From Phoronis australis (lineage: Eukaryota > Animalia > Phoronida), in NCBI GenBank assembly GCA_002633005.1, contig NMRA01000540.1, forward strand, positions 144,119 through 208,118: 64,000 nucleotides of DNA. Direction: 5' to 3'. The position numbers were made by a program, and so were the translations under genes. This document shows, in pieces, positions 50,248-62,200 of the stretch. Every line of letters starts with the position of its first letter. Within the stretch, counting starts at the first letter, position 1. The notes under the pieces are model-generated. The model was not told the origin of the DNA. It worked only from the letters and a program-made list of their open reading frames with translations, and made no database searches.

Positions 50248-51020
50248 ATGTCCGAAAACTTTTCTCCTAAGGAAACAGGTTTCCTTACAGAACTGATTAA
50301 AAAAATGATGTCATAGAGAGCAAAAAAGTGACGCCAAAACAAGTCAACGGAAGCAACAGGCTTGGAGGGACATTGGGTCCAGACTGGCTCCGTCCATAGT
50401 TCCCGCAATCAGAAAAATGCAACAATAAACAGTTAAAGGACTTTTGGAAACGCTCAAAGATGAATTTTCAACACTGAAAAGGAAACCGATGGAGAACCAG
50501 CGGAGGTGGAACTTAGTCAGCGAAGATCGGGTGGTGTTAGACTTGATCCTAGATGATGACGTCAGTACGCCACCCGAAACGCTTACGATGATGACGCCCT
50601 GAATTGGCCAGTCGGACTCTATGGAGTCCGAGGGACACACTACTACAGGTACGAGACAACATTTGAATGTGCTGTCCTCTGGTCAGTCCCACAGTCGATG
50701 CAGTCTACAAAAACTCAGGTGCTACAGTGGACGGCTAGTCCCAATGCGCTCAAGGAGCGTTGTATCCGGGACGACACCGAAAGGAATTATAACAGCAGAC
50801 GTCGGCCGTCTCCACTTTCGCGGAGTCCCGTATGTAGTTCGAGTACCAGTACACGGAGTACACCGCGGCATCCAAGAACAAAACTACTCTATGACCCCCT
50901 ATCCAGGGACAAGTAGACCGGGTACGCCACAAAGCCATCAAGCTCCATTGCGCCCGCGAGAAGCTCTGTTGGTGCTAGCAAAACAATGGAGACAGAAAAG
51001 ACGTCAAATTCCCGAGGTAA
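50248..51020 (+). pseudogene. Frameshifted Myb/SANT-like DNA-binding ORF of a PIF/Harbinger transposon
   Basis: Across frames: SENFSPKETGFLTELIKK / DVIESKK / DAKTSQRKQQAWRDI / KQLKDFWKRSK / RTSGGG. Confidence 0.78.
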
Positions 51021-51389
51021 GCAGTCTTCGTATATGAACCCTAAACTAAGTCCCGTTCATGCAAGGCATTTTTTGCGGAATCACTTGCAGAAATGTTTTC
51101 CGTAACATGGGAAATTTTGTGCATTACAACAAAAATTGCGGAACCATTACATTTATTCAGACAAGTACATATTTAATACACTTTTCCTTGACAAATTCGC
51201 ATGAACTGGTCTTTTTCTTGTATGTTTCGTAAGTAATAATTAAACGATTAATAGCAAACTCGTCTTAATTTAATAACGTTTAATATGACGTGGTTGTTTT
51301 GCAAGGCGTCGTGAATAATGTAAACTATATGACAACTGAGATTTCATTGGCTCTTTGTTTGTAAAAAAATATTGATTTACATGGAATAA

Positions 51390-51700
51390 TTATAAACGCA
51401 CCTCTGCATCTGTGGTTGGTCGCAGTACAGGAGTCAATAGATACTTTCTCACGCGTATCCATTGTTGCCAAGGAGTGAGCCCCTGATCCTTCCATTTTGA
51501 AGCTTTTCTGCCAGTGTACTGTTGCGAAATATTGTGCTGTCGTGGGTTGATCCAGGCCAGCGAATCATCATTGATAAGTCGGAAACTGACAGTACAGTAC
51601 ATTCAACGAATGGAACCCCTTCCGATTGACGTACGTGACAGGATTCCTGTGCCGGATTGCATGAAACAGTCCCAAATAGGGACTCATCTAAGTTCCCTAA
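51390..51700 (-). pseudogene. Degenerate HARBI1-like (Harbinger) DDE transposase fragment
   Basis: Across frames: YVNRKGFHSLNV, RWPGSTHDSTIFRNS, LLGNNGYA, YLLTPVLRPTTDAEVR; stops and frameshifts present. Confidence 0.9.
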
Positions 51701-52042
51701 ATCTACTGCGTATTTTTGGACTTGTGAAAACATCGATTGCCCTGTTTTGTATTGTTTTAGTTTCTTTATTAAGTCAACTTTCGATTTTTTACCTGCCTAG
51801 TCTAGTTTAGATTTAGTAGCTTGGATTTCATTCGAAAAGAAACATATTTTATTAGCCTTGTCAAATTACGACATTGTTTAGTTTATTTTGAAAAATACTG
51901 TATGATAGTCTTTGCACCTTCACAGAGTATGTTTTATGCTGTATTGTAATTTGTCAGTATGTTGGGAGAAAATAAAAACTTAGACCTGTCCATGCAAATA
52001 TCATCAAGGAAAAGTTAAATACCGTAAAAGTGTCAATAGTGA

Positions 52043-52233
52043 AGTATTTCAAATGAATACAGAAAAATCAGGAACCCCAACTGGGAATTGAATCACAGAT
52101 CTGTAGATTGTCGGTCTAGTGCTCTTACTGCCGAGTACTCTATATTTGTGCAATATTACCGTTTGTAATCTACAGACCTGAGGTTCGATTCCCAGTTGGG
52201 CCTACTGATTTTTTGTGCTTATTTGACATAATT
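52043..52233. mobile_element. Two tRNA-derived SINE heads in inverted orientation
   Basis: ccaactgggaattgaatcacagatctgtagatt is complementary to aatctacagacctgaggttcgattcccagttgg (B box ggttcgattccc). Confidence 0.75.
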
Positions 52234-53531
52234 ACTAACACCAATAACTAAACTCAAATCAACATTTGCTTTTCTAGACTATAGTGAGCCATTTAATGTG
52301 ATCTCTGCGCTGCCAGCACGCCAGGCTTGAGTAACAAGAGGAGACATATTAACACCATACATTATAAGTGACCCAACCGCAGGCGCACTCGCGTACTCGT
52401 CATCGCATGGCTTCATATCGTTCATGTTGCCCTCACCGCGTCACTTCAATAAAAACCAAGGCAGTGTATGTACAATATATATTTATTAATTTCAAAATGA
52501 CAAAGCCCCTCTGCCAGTCAGCAAAATGGCACGCCAACAGCACTGTACTGATAACAGTTTACAATGCCTATGAAAGTGAATTAGAACACTTTTCAAACAT
52601 TAAAAAACTGTCACCAGATATAGAGTTAAAACCAAAGAGGACATGACATGAATACACCTAACCGAAATAAAAGTTAGAAAGCTGACCCGCAGTTAGATTT
52701 TAACGATTTTCACCCATTGGGTGCTTAGATATTCTCGAGGAAGTGAGGTCACTCTTTCTGACATATGAATATATCAAGAGAAAATGGCACTTAATCAACA
52801 CCGGGAAAACTGTGTGATCAGCAGACATGCCTAAAGGAACATCAGTGCCTCCTATTGGAATTACATTTTAACAAGTCTCAGTTCTATGACAACCTAGGCG
52901 TTTGAAGTCAACTATAATGACAAAACACATTTTCCACCCAAATGAAACCATTACAGGCCATACCTTTGTGAATATGTTGTAAACTAAATAAAGACATTGA
53001 CAAAATTTTCCAAAACCCAGGGGAAATTTAATTTGATGAGTATGCTATTCTGATAGAGAGGCTCTGAATTTACAAGTTTATGTGTAGCTGAATCTGTCTC
53101 AAACAAATGGCAACTGCCACATTACAATGAGAATGAAGCAGAAACATTCATTTCAAACCATGCAATTACTTTGAGCCCTGACAAAACAATATCACACTAC
53201 ACCTGAAACACAGGCTTTCTATTGTTTGGCATTGGAATAAATACAATTTAGCCAGGACATTGATAACTCAACTGAAAGCTGAACGCATATGTACAAAAAT
53301 AATTGGATTGGATAACTCCAACTGCATCACTTGAGTGTTCTAAGGATTCGTAGGACCTAACAGACAAATATCTACAAAACTCTTTTAGATTAACCCAGTA
53401 AATGTATATATTTTCAGAAAGCACAAAGCCGGTAGAATTTGATTTCTGACTTGATACCATTCTGCCACTAATTGGATCAGATGGCCCAGTGTTTTTAGTA
53501 AAATTTAGGAAAAATGAAAGGTACATTCATA

Positions 53532-53782
53532 GCATGCTGCACCCAGGGGGGGGGGGCTCGGGGGGCTCAAATGAGCCCCCCATTTGGTGAAGTGGGCAAA
53601 AAGGTCTGCCTCTGAGCGACACAAGTCCGAGAAAATGAGCCATAAGTCCATTAAACATGTGCAAAGGCGTAATTCACAGTGGTGCTCTCATTTCTTTTTT
53701 TAATCCGCCCACTTTTTTGTTACCAAGAGGTCCACAAAGTCAGGAATTCGAGCCCCCATAATGAAGGCTGGGTGCGGGCATG
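53532..53782. mobile_element. GC-rich MITE
   Basis: catag|catgctgcacccag ... ctgggtgcgggcatg|cataa (possible 5-bp TSD, 1 mismatch). Confidence 0.8.
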
Positions 53783-54731
53783 CATAACAACAGTTTCAGC
53801 AACAAGACCAAGTTTCGTTTTAAATTAATTTTCAAGGTGACATCTCAAAGACAATGTAAAAGTTTTCTAAATTATCTTTCACTGTATCGAGTTTTAAGTA
53901 TTTTCATATTTTTGACAGACCCACATGCAAGACAGAACATCTTAAAGTCAATTCTTAAAAGTGAAAGCATGAAAATTTTGAGACATCCAGTAATTCATTG
54001 CATAAAGCATAGTGCCTGAAAGTTCCGCAAGAATCCAGGAAGCCATTTACGAGATATGATGTTCCAAAGTTAAGACAAATTTGGAAACCTTTGAAGGGAA
54101 ATACATAACCTTTAACACATGCTTGGGGTCCATGGGCACATTAGCATGGATGTAACTTAGTAACACTGCCCATAATATACAACAAGGAAAGCCATCATAC
54201 AATGTATTTCCACTAGAGGGCTCTAGTCACTGTGAAACTAACACCCAACAACACTCAATAGAGACAACTGAAGCTACCTAGCTTCATGGACATAGTCTTG
54301 TATTGATGTCAGTTACATGCAGTAAGCTTAGGGGCATCTCCTTCATACTTGCTGTATCAACACATAAAAAGGACGAGCTCAGCTCTGCGTAGCTCAACAG
54401 ATTTTGCGCACACTTACTTTAGCTCAAATTCAGGATGGAAACATGTTTCTGCCACAGAAAGGAGCAGAATGACTTAGCTTGTATGGTTAAAAAACCTGAT
54501 TCACAAGCATTTCCAACAGCTATTGAGAGGAGACTGGTACCGTTATGTAGGACCGTATTCAAAAGTCTGCATATTCATCAAAATAGTAGAAAAATTGTAG
54601 AAATTAGCACTGTGAAAGTAATCACTTCTGAAAGAAGGAAGTGTGTAGATTTAGATTTTTGACTTGATAGCAATAAGTTCTTAATTCTGTCATGTAACCA
54701 TGTGTTTTTAGTATAATTTAGTAAAAGCAAA

Positions 54732-54830
54732 CGTACATTCATACCAAAGATACATTCATACCAAAGGTACATTCATACCAAAGGTATATTCATACCAAAG
54801 GTACATTCATATCAAAGGTACATTCATACA
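54732..54830. repeat. 17-bp tandem repeat (gtacattcataccaaag), about 6 copies
   Basis: Directly visible. Confidence 0.95.
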
Positions 54831-56014
54831 AAAACAACATCAGCAACATGACCATATTTCATTTGATATGAATCTTTCAAGATGAAATCTTAAAAATGCT
54901 GTTACAAATTTCTAAAATGTCATGTCAATTTTGTATAAAGCAACTTTCGAGTCTTTCATTAAAATCGAAGTCTTATTTTTTGATTGCCCTCTTGGAAAAG
55001 TGGACCATTTAAAAACAATTCCTCAACAGGGTTGTGGAAAACAGTGCATACAGAACAGTAGGTGACGAGTACAGTCCCACTTCTGAGTCTCAAAAGTCAG
55101 CCAAACCTGGACATGTTTCTAGGGTCCAACATAGACTTAACGAAGCTGATGACCTTTTTTGGCATTATACGCCACACTAGCTCACTCTTACCAGCCAATC
55201 AGAGGAAGGGATTAGACTCTATGAACACCAGTTTGCCTTTGGGAGACGAAACATTCCAATGCATTAAGAAATAAAAATAGCTATATCTTCTCTTGAAGAC
55301 ATTAACGTATGGTACACTAAAATACGCAAGGAAACCAAACAATTGATATGATGTAAGCGATAACATCGAAAAGACAACAAAAAGATTTGCTCCAAGGGTA
55401 TTGGCTACGTGTTCAGAGATTCGGCGTTTTCAACATATTAAGTGATGACCAAAGACTAAATGCTCATTCAAAAGTTGACTTCAGTCGCACCACTAACAAG
55501 ATCACTGTCCACTGATATCACTACCCCCCAATCACGTGACTGGCAGAAATCACTTGAAGGAAGAGGTCGGCATACACTTTGTGTTGTAGCACAGTGCATC
55601 AACTCCCACCTTTTCTGACCAGGCACACCAGCGCATGATTCAATACCCTGTTGGTGACGCCCATGATGCAAATCTACAGGCATCCTGACCTCACCTGCAC
55701 TAACACGCCCTCTGTGGCCAATCTCACATCGCACAGATTTGTCGGCTAAACCTCCAAATCCGCTTGACAACTACACTGCATAGCCACTCCGCAAATGGAG
55801 AAACAACTGAACAAGAAAAGCGTGGTACACTATAATTACAAATAACGTTACTGTAGTGGTCAATAATAAAAGACTCATTACCCACCACACGCTCAATAGT
55901 CATCCATGCAGGATGAAATACAGGTTAGTTTTTTGAGTTTGCGAAGTGGGGAGTTCATTTTGGGGACTAACCGTCCACAGAGCAGGTACTGGTCAACCCC
56001 GTGGGCAGGGCAGT

Positions 56015-56268
56015 CTAGCTAACTGGGCAAGGGGTCTCCAACATTTCCATCAGGAACGTGTCAATAGGCGTGTCACCAATCAACTTGAAGAAGAACAGAT
56101 GCTCTAGGCACTTGAGGCCAATGCTTCGCAGGGCTGGCAGTCGAAGCAAAAGCTTGGCGAAGCGGCCAGGCTCATCGGAGTACCGAGCCTTGCAGTACTC
56201 TTCCAAGGACGCATAGACCATCTCGCGGAGTTTCTCCACCTCGGCGACTTCTGTCAGACCCTTTGCAT
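56015..56268 (-). CDS. RXR: RXR terminal coding exon (DAKGL...[11 protein letters not shown])
   Basis: tcacag acceptor; AF-2 helix; TAG at 56017-56015. Confidence 0.98.
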
Positions 56269-59200
56269 CTGTGAAAAAGGAAAAAAGCACATGTGAACAG
56301 TGGAAGTATAGCAGTTTTCAAATTAGTCTGCGCAACATCAACTTTCAACGAAGTCTTGAAACACAAAATCCCGTGTCGATTCCGGCTGTCGAAATTGTAA
56401 CAATTTGGCTAGCAAGTTCATTAACAAGCAAACAATAAATGGCTAGGTGCAACAATGTCACATTAAATACTGACTAAAATTCAACAAAAAAGCCGTTTCG
56501 CTGTCACAAACGTTGAGCTACATAGCCAAATAATTCTTATAAGATGTTCGTCGAATGGTGGGAGATTTTGACAGTGTTTCGGCAAAGTCTGTGACATTTA
56601 CTTTGAAAACCAAAGCTATAACAGTAGAGGTGAACCACATTATAACAAAACTGTCTCCATTGACAAGGTTGAAAGTCGAACTCACACACAGGGGGAGACT
56701 TAGAGCCTAAAACCCTATTCAGGGTTTTGATAGACATATTCCCTCACTTATCTGGAGAACCAGCGTTCCTCTTTAAGGAAAGTCATTCAGTGAACAAGTT
56801 ACTAAGAAGAAGGGTGGAAACGATGACTGATTTTGAGCCAGCAAGTGATCATACAAGATCCATCTTACTCAATCCAACAGTAACACTTCCACTCCCAATC
56901 ACTGCCAGACCTTCACAGCAATGCCTAGCAAGGAGACACAAACTTCATCTCCTTTTCACAATGCTATTAATGAAGGTTTCATACTGTATAATCCTCCAAT
57001 TTTCAAATAATTTTTCTACTCACACGCCATTGCTCAACTCATCACCCACCCTCACCCACCCAGAACCCCACCCATCCACTACATCACACAACCACACCTT
57101 ATTTGCCCTAGGGCTTGGAATGACCAATGACAAAAAACGCGGAAACTTTGAAACTTTTACGGCCCAAATCATGCCCGATAACCAGCCTTGAAATGGTCAA
57201 TGTGAACCTTTCCCCAACAAAAATCAGGAGGACTACTTTACCACCATCAGTAGCATGCGTCTGTGTCCTTTTAGCTCGCCCGTCCACTCCCGACCCACAC
57301 ATTTTTGGCTGCAGAGCGGTAGTATTTGTCGCCGCGCTTAACAATAACACGAGACGCCATTGAAAATCCCACCACGCTGTCCCAGATGCCCCGGCAATGT
57401 TGACAATTTACGTTCCTCCGAAACATAAAGAGCAACTTCCGCTTTTGGAGGTGAACGTCGTCTGCAACGCCGCGGTAAGAAAGGAATTTGCCGAGGAAAT
57501 TTTATATCAAATCCGATTTTTTTACGCGGAAATATTATAAAAAAGCGGAAAGCACATTTGAAAAAAGCGGAAATCTGCGTTTCCGCAGAAAATTCCAAGC
57601 CCTGTTGCCCGTCGGCCCACTGCATCATTTGTCCAAAACCCCGCTCATCTACCAACTCACACATTCACCCCCATTCATTTAGAAATGTACTCAATCGCCG
57701 CCCCACTCACCCACCATCTCTTTCACACAGTAACCAACCACTTTATTGATTGGTCGTCCCACCCTACAACGTATTCACCCACCGCCACCACAGCCCCACT
57801 CACCAGGGTTGAACAGCACAATAGCACGAAGACATCCGAGTTCGGTCTTGTCCATTTTCATCTCCTTCATCTTGGCCACTAGCTCAGTCAGCACGCGGTC
57901 AAATATGGTGCCCACACCTGCGTCGTGGGCACTACTGCGATGCACATGCAGGCCTGTGGCCAGCAAGATGCCGTCTTTCACGGCTGTTGAACGATGCGAG
58001 AAAGAGGCGATAAGCAGCTCGTTCCAACCTGACAAAATGACAGAAGGACTATTGTCACAAATACTTACATTATCATAGATATAATAATATTAGGGATATC
58101 TCAAACCTTATTCACAAAAATTGGCATTTTTTACAGCATTTCATATATGTCTAGCAAAATACCTTATTTTCATTCTCGGAGAACTTCAAATATGAAACAC
58201 GTATTTTGTAGCGAGAAAAAAGATTTGGCAGAACCACCTTCGAACCGCACAACCCTGTGGATATTTTTTTACTACTTATTCAAGGTCAAAGGTTCCAGAG
58301 CTGTCACTCAAATCGATGCCGGAGAAAACCAAGCTTTGATTCTATGAGAGTTGTGCGTCTGCATGCATACGACCAGTGACAACGAATGCTATGAGTTGCC
58401 TCACGCCTCTGTGGCTTAGTGTCCATGAACACAGCAAGTTGTGAAAAGAGATAAATCCTCACACAAATTCCATTATTCGGGTAATTTGTCATCTCATGCT
58501 CACGACGTTCTTTAACCACATACCCGACTTCTGTAACCGTTTTGTACTTGGTTTTTCATATTAGCCTCATAGCAACTCATGTGTTTAACAATGAACTGTT
58601 GACCTACTTACATTAAAGTGAACCACAGTGCATCAGCTTGACCCAATACATATGCTGGCTCTGCCAGTGACAAGATTGACTTGGTATAAATTGAAAAGTT
58701 TTTGTGACAAATAAGTGTGAGTGAATGTTGAAACAATGAACAAGTTTTCACCGAATAATTAACCGAAGTCCTTGAGATTTTCACGTCTCGCCACATTATC
58801 GTTTTCTCCGCTTCAGCATATTGACTTAATTTGAACTTAGGAACATGAGTTCGCAAAAACGGCTTGGTGGATTTTACTCAGAAACTTTCCAAACTTAATA
58901 TTTATTCATCAATCTCAAAAACGCCGGCAGGATTTCCGATATAAAGGCCTCGTTTTTGCGTAATAAACCAAAGACGAATATGACTTCTATTTTTTACAAA
59001 AATAGTTCACCTTTTGCCAGTTGATTTGTCATAGAAATAAAATGAAAAGGCTAATGGAAAATTTCCGAACAGCGTTTTTGTGGTAACTGGTGAAGTTTTC
59101 ATTTAAAAAGGTTTCATTAAAATTGACCGAGGCGTTATTTTGCAATGAATGTACCTTTCTTAAGCATGGAATTTTGACTGCAAAAAGGTGTTAACGTAAT

Positions 59201-62200
59201 AATGATGACACATTCATAAAAACATATTATATTCCCTGGTTTTTTTCAGAAAATAGATACTTTTACTAGTTGACAAAGCTTAATTTTGCTGATATACCTG
59301 TTGAAATGGAGGCCACTAAATAAAGGTTTGAGATAACTTAAATAAAGAAAGTTATGTCAAGTCACATGGTTATGAGAGGTCTTATTGAAACGTCTGCATA
59401 TTTAGCCAAATATTTGCAAAAGTGCAGATTTTAACTGCAGGGCTTGGAATGACCAATGACAAAAAACGCGGAAACTTTTACGGCCCAAATCATGCGCGCT
59501 ACCCAGCCTTGAAATGGTCGATGTGAACCTTTCCCCGACAAAAAAGGGAGGACTAAAAAAAAAACCGTTACCACTATCAGTAGCATGCGTCTACATCCTT
59601 TTAGCTCGTCCGTCCACTCCCAACCCACACATTTTTGGCTGCAGAGCCGTAGTATTTGTCGCCGCGGTTTACAATAACACGAGACGCCATTGAAAATCCC
59701 ACCACGCTATCCCGGATGCCCCGGCAATGTTGACAATTTATGTTCCTCCGAAACATAAAGAGCAACTTCCGCTTTTCGAGGTGAACGTCGTCTGCAACGC
59801 CGCGGTAAGAAAGCAATTTGCCGAGGAAATTTTATATCAAATCCGATTTTTTTTTACGCGGAAATATAATAAAATGCGCGGACAGAACATTTGAAAAAAG
59901 CGGAAATCCGCGTTTCCGCGGAAAATTCCAAGCCCTGTAACTGACCATGTATTTTCCGAGAGTAGGAAGCCTGTAAAATTTCATTTTTGACTCTATACCG
60001 GTCAACCATTAACTGGATCATATGACTACGTGGTTTGAGAAAAATAAGTAAAAGACAAGCTAATTCACAATAAATGACGGTACCTATAACACCATCAATT
60101 TTGTCTGATAAAAATATTCAAGCAGAAATATAAAAAATGCTGTTTTTTTCTGAATTATCATTTCGTTTGTTTTTTGCATACTTTGATTTTTTCATAAAAA
60201 TCCTGAAAATTCCAATTTTTATAGACCTCATCAAACAGTGGAACAATTTTATATTCTTAGCAACATTTTGGAGAACAATGTGTAAAGTTTCGTATGAATC
60301 GGATATGTCATTTGCGATGATGATTTTCTGAAGTTTGGTAAATTTGCATATTTTTCTAGGGTCCTACAGACCATCAAAGCTACAATAAACACACCTTTCC
60401 TCACAGAACTATAAAACATAAACGCAATCAGACAAAATACCAGTTTTCCCCCATCCCTCCATCAAAACTGCTAACTCCGCTCACAGCCCAAATAAGTGGT
60501 ACTGACTATTACGGCAACAAAACTTTAATTGCAGAATGACTTTGTCACCTTACTAACTTCTTACTTCCCCATCATTCTCAGCCACGAGTGAAGACTACTT
60601 CCACCATGAATTCGGCTTCCGCCCAGCCACCATGATGGGGGGAATTATGGGTCATTTTGGCTGAATACTTTTGGGCAGGCGTATGACAGACCATTATCAT
60701 TTAAAATCACGTACGATAAGTTGGCCATTTTGTTTGCCGAGCCTGGTTTTGAGTCATAATAAAACAGACAATACTCCGCATACGAATAAGAACACCCTTG
60801 ATAGAGGTACCTGTAAATGGACTCGAGATCAAAAGTTTGCTTCTTCGACAGCCGAGGGCAGGCTTCAATGTTTAAAACGTCAACAGAGTTGTGCCTGACA
60901 CCCCACAATCTACATTTTCCATCCTGTTCACCCAAACACCACAGTTTTACTTTTGCTCCGTCCCATGTCTGCCTTCCTAATTTTTTAAATCATTTCCCCT
61001 GTTCCCAGCCATATCTATTTTCAAGACTGTCCATAGTTCCATCCTTGCCTTCCCAATTTTTGTAACCATAGCTCTTTTTACCCCATTGCTTTCCAAAAGC
61101 TCGTCTCTTGTTCCATCAATGCTTCCCAAAACTGACCCGTTGTTCCATTTTGTGCCACCATCTTAAATTTTCCAACGCTTCCCCTAAGCTCATCCACCTT
61201 TGCCTCCCAATTTCTGGAATCATCTCACCTGAACCCCTCTCACCNCCCCCCCCCCCCCCACTTTCTCTCCTGTCCAACACTAGACTCACCTGCTCTAAGG
61301 AGAATAACTTTGTCCTCCAACGGCAACTCATTGAAGTGGGGCACTCTCTTGGCCCACTCTATGAGGGTGAACAGCTGTTTGTCAGCCGCCTGACAGATAT
61401 TAGCGACGGTGTTTTGCTACAATGGATAGGAAAACCAACGCATTAAACTTAATACCTGCATGCTTCAAACTTGATTTTCATTCAAAATATGTTGCCATCG
61501 AACAAAAAAAAAACAAGCTTGGCACAGAGTAATTTCACAGTGTAAATTACGAAAGGGGTTAAATTAGTAAAGACTTATATTGTTCCTGCTGGGTGTGATA
61601 TCAGAAAGGAATACACAACAGCCGCATATTTGAGTACTGAGGTCCAGGCGCCAATTTCCCAAACAATGCATCTTTTCAAACAAATCAAGTGTTCCCCGAT
61701 TAGTGCGCACTAACAAGCTCAGATTGGGAAGATTCCCTTCGCAACAGTACAACAATGGAAAAACTCGTCTTCAGTTACTGCTTTTTTCTGCAGACATAAA
61801 GCTCACTATCACACCACCAGATGGTGCTGTACAGTGAGTAGTGACATGGTTCAAGAATGAGCCATTTCTAGAGTTTTTTTTTGTAACTTGGACAAAGAAG
61901 AAGGATAATTCTATAAACCTTCCAGAATTTTGACATGATTTCGCACTTGAATATAAGGCAATTCTTCACCATTTAGAATGCAATTTGGTACACAAATGAT
62001 ATTTTCTGTCCAATTTTCCCACAAAAACGAGATTTATGAAAATTTTAGTCTATTACTAGCATGGTTCATATTGCGTAGATGTCACAAAACCATATTTGGT
62101 TAAAATCCTATCACATGCATCAAAGCAGTAAACCTTTGAAAATGTGAAAAATGAGAAATTTGGCAATTTTTGTGCAAAGCAACTGGACAAGACATACATC

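Noticed and set aside
50621-51037. 138-aa plus-strand ORF as an independent gene
   Set aside because: It lies in the decayed tail of the Harbinger Myb ORF and has no recognisable domain.
52163-52205. tRNA gene candidate (ggttcgattccc)
   Set aside because: No complete cloverleaf, 5' half missing, and a diverged inverted copy is adjacent; SINE-derived.
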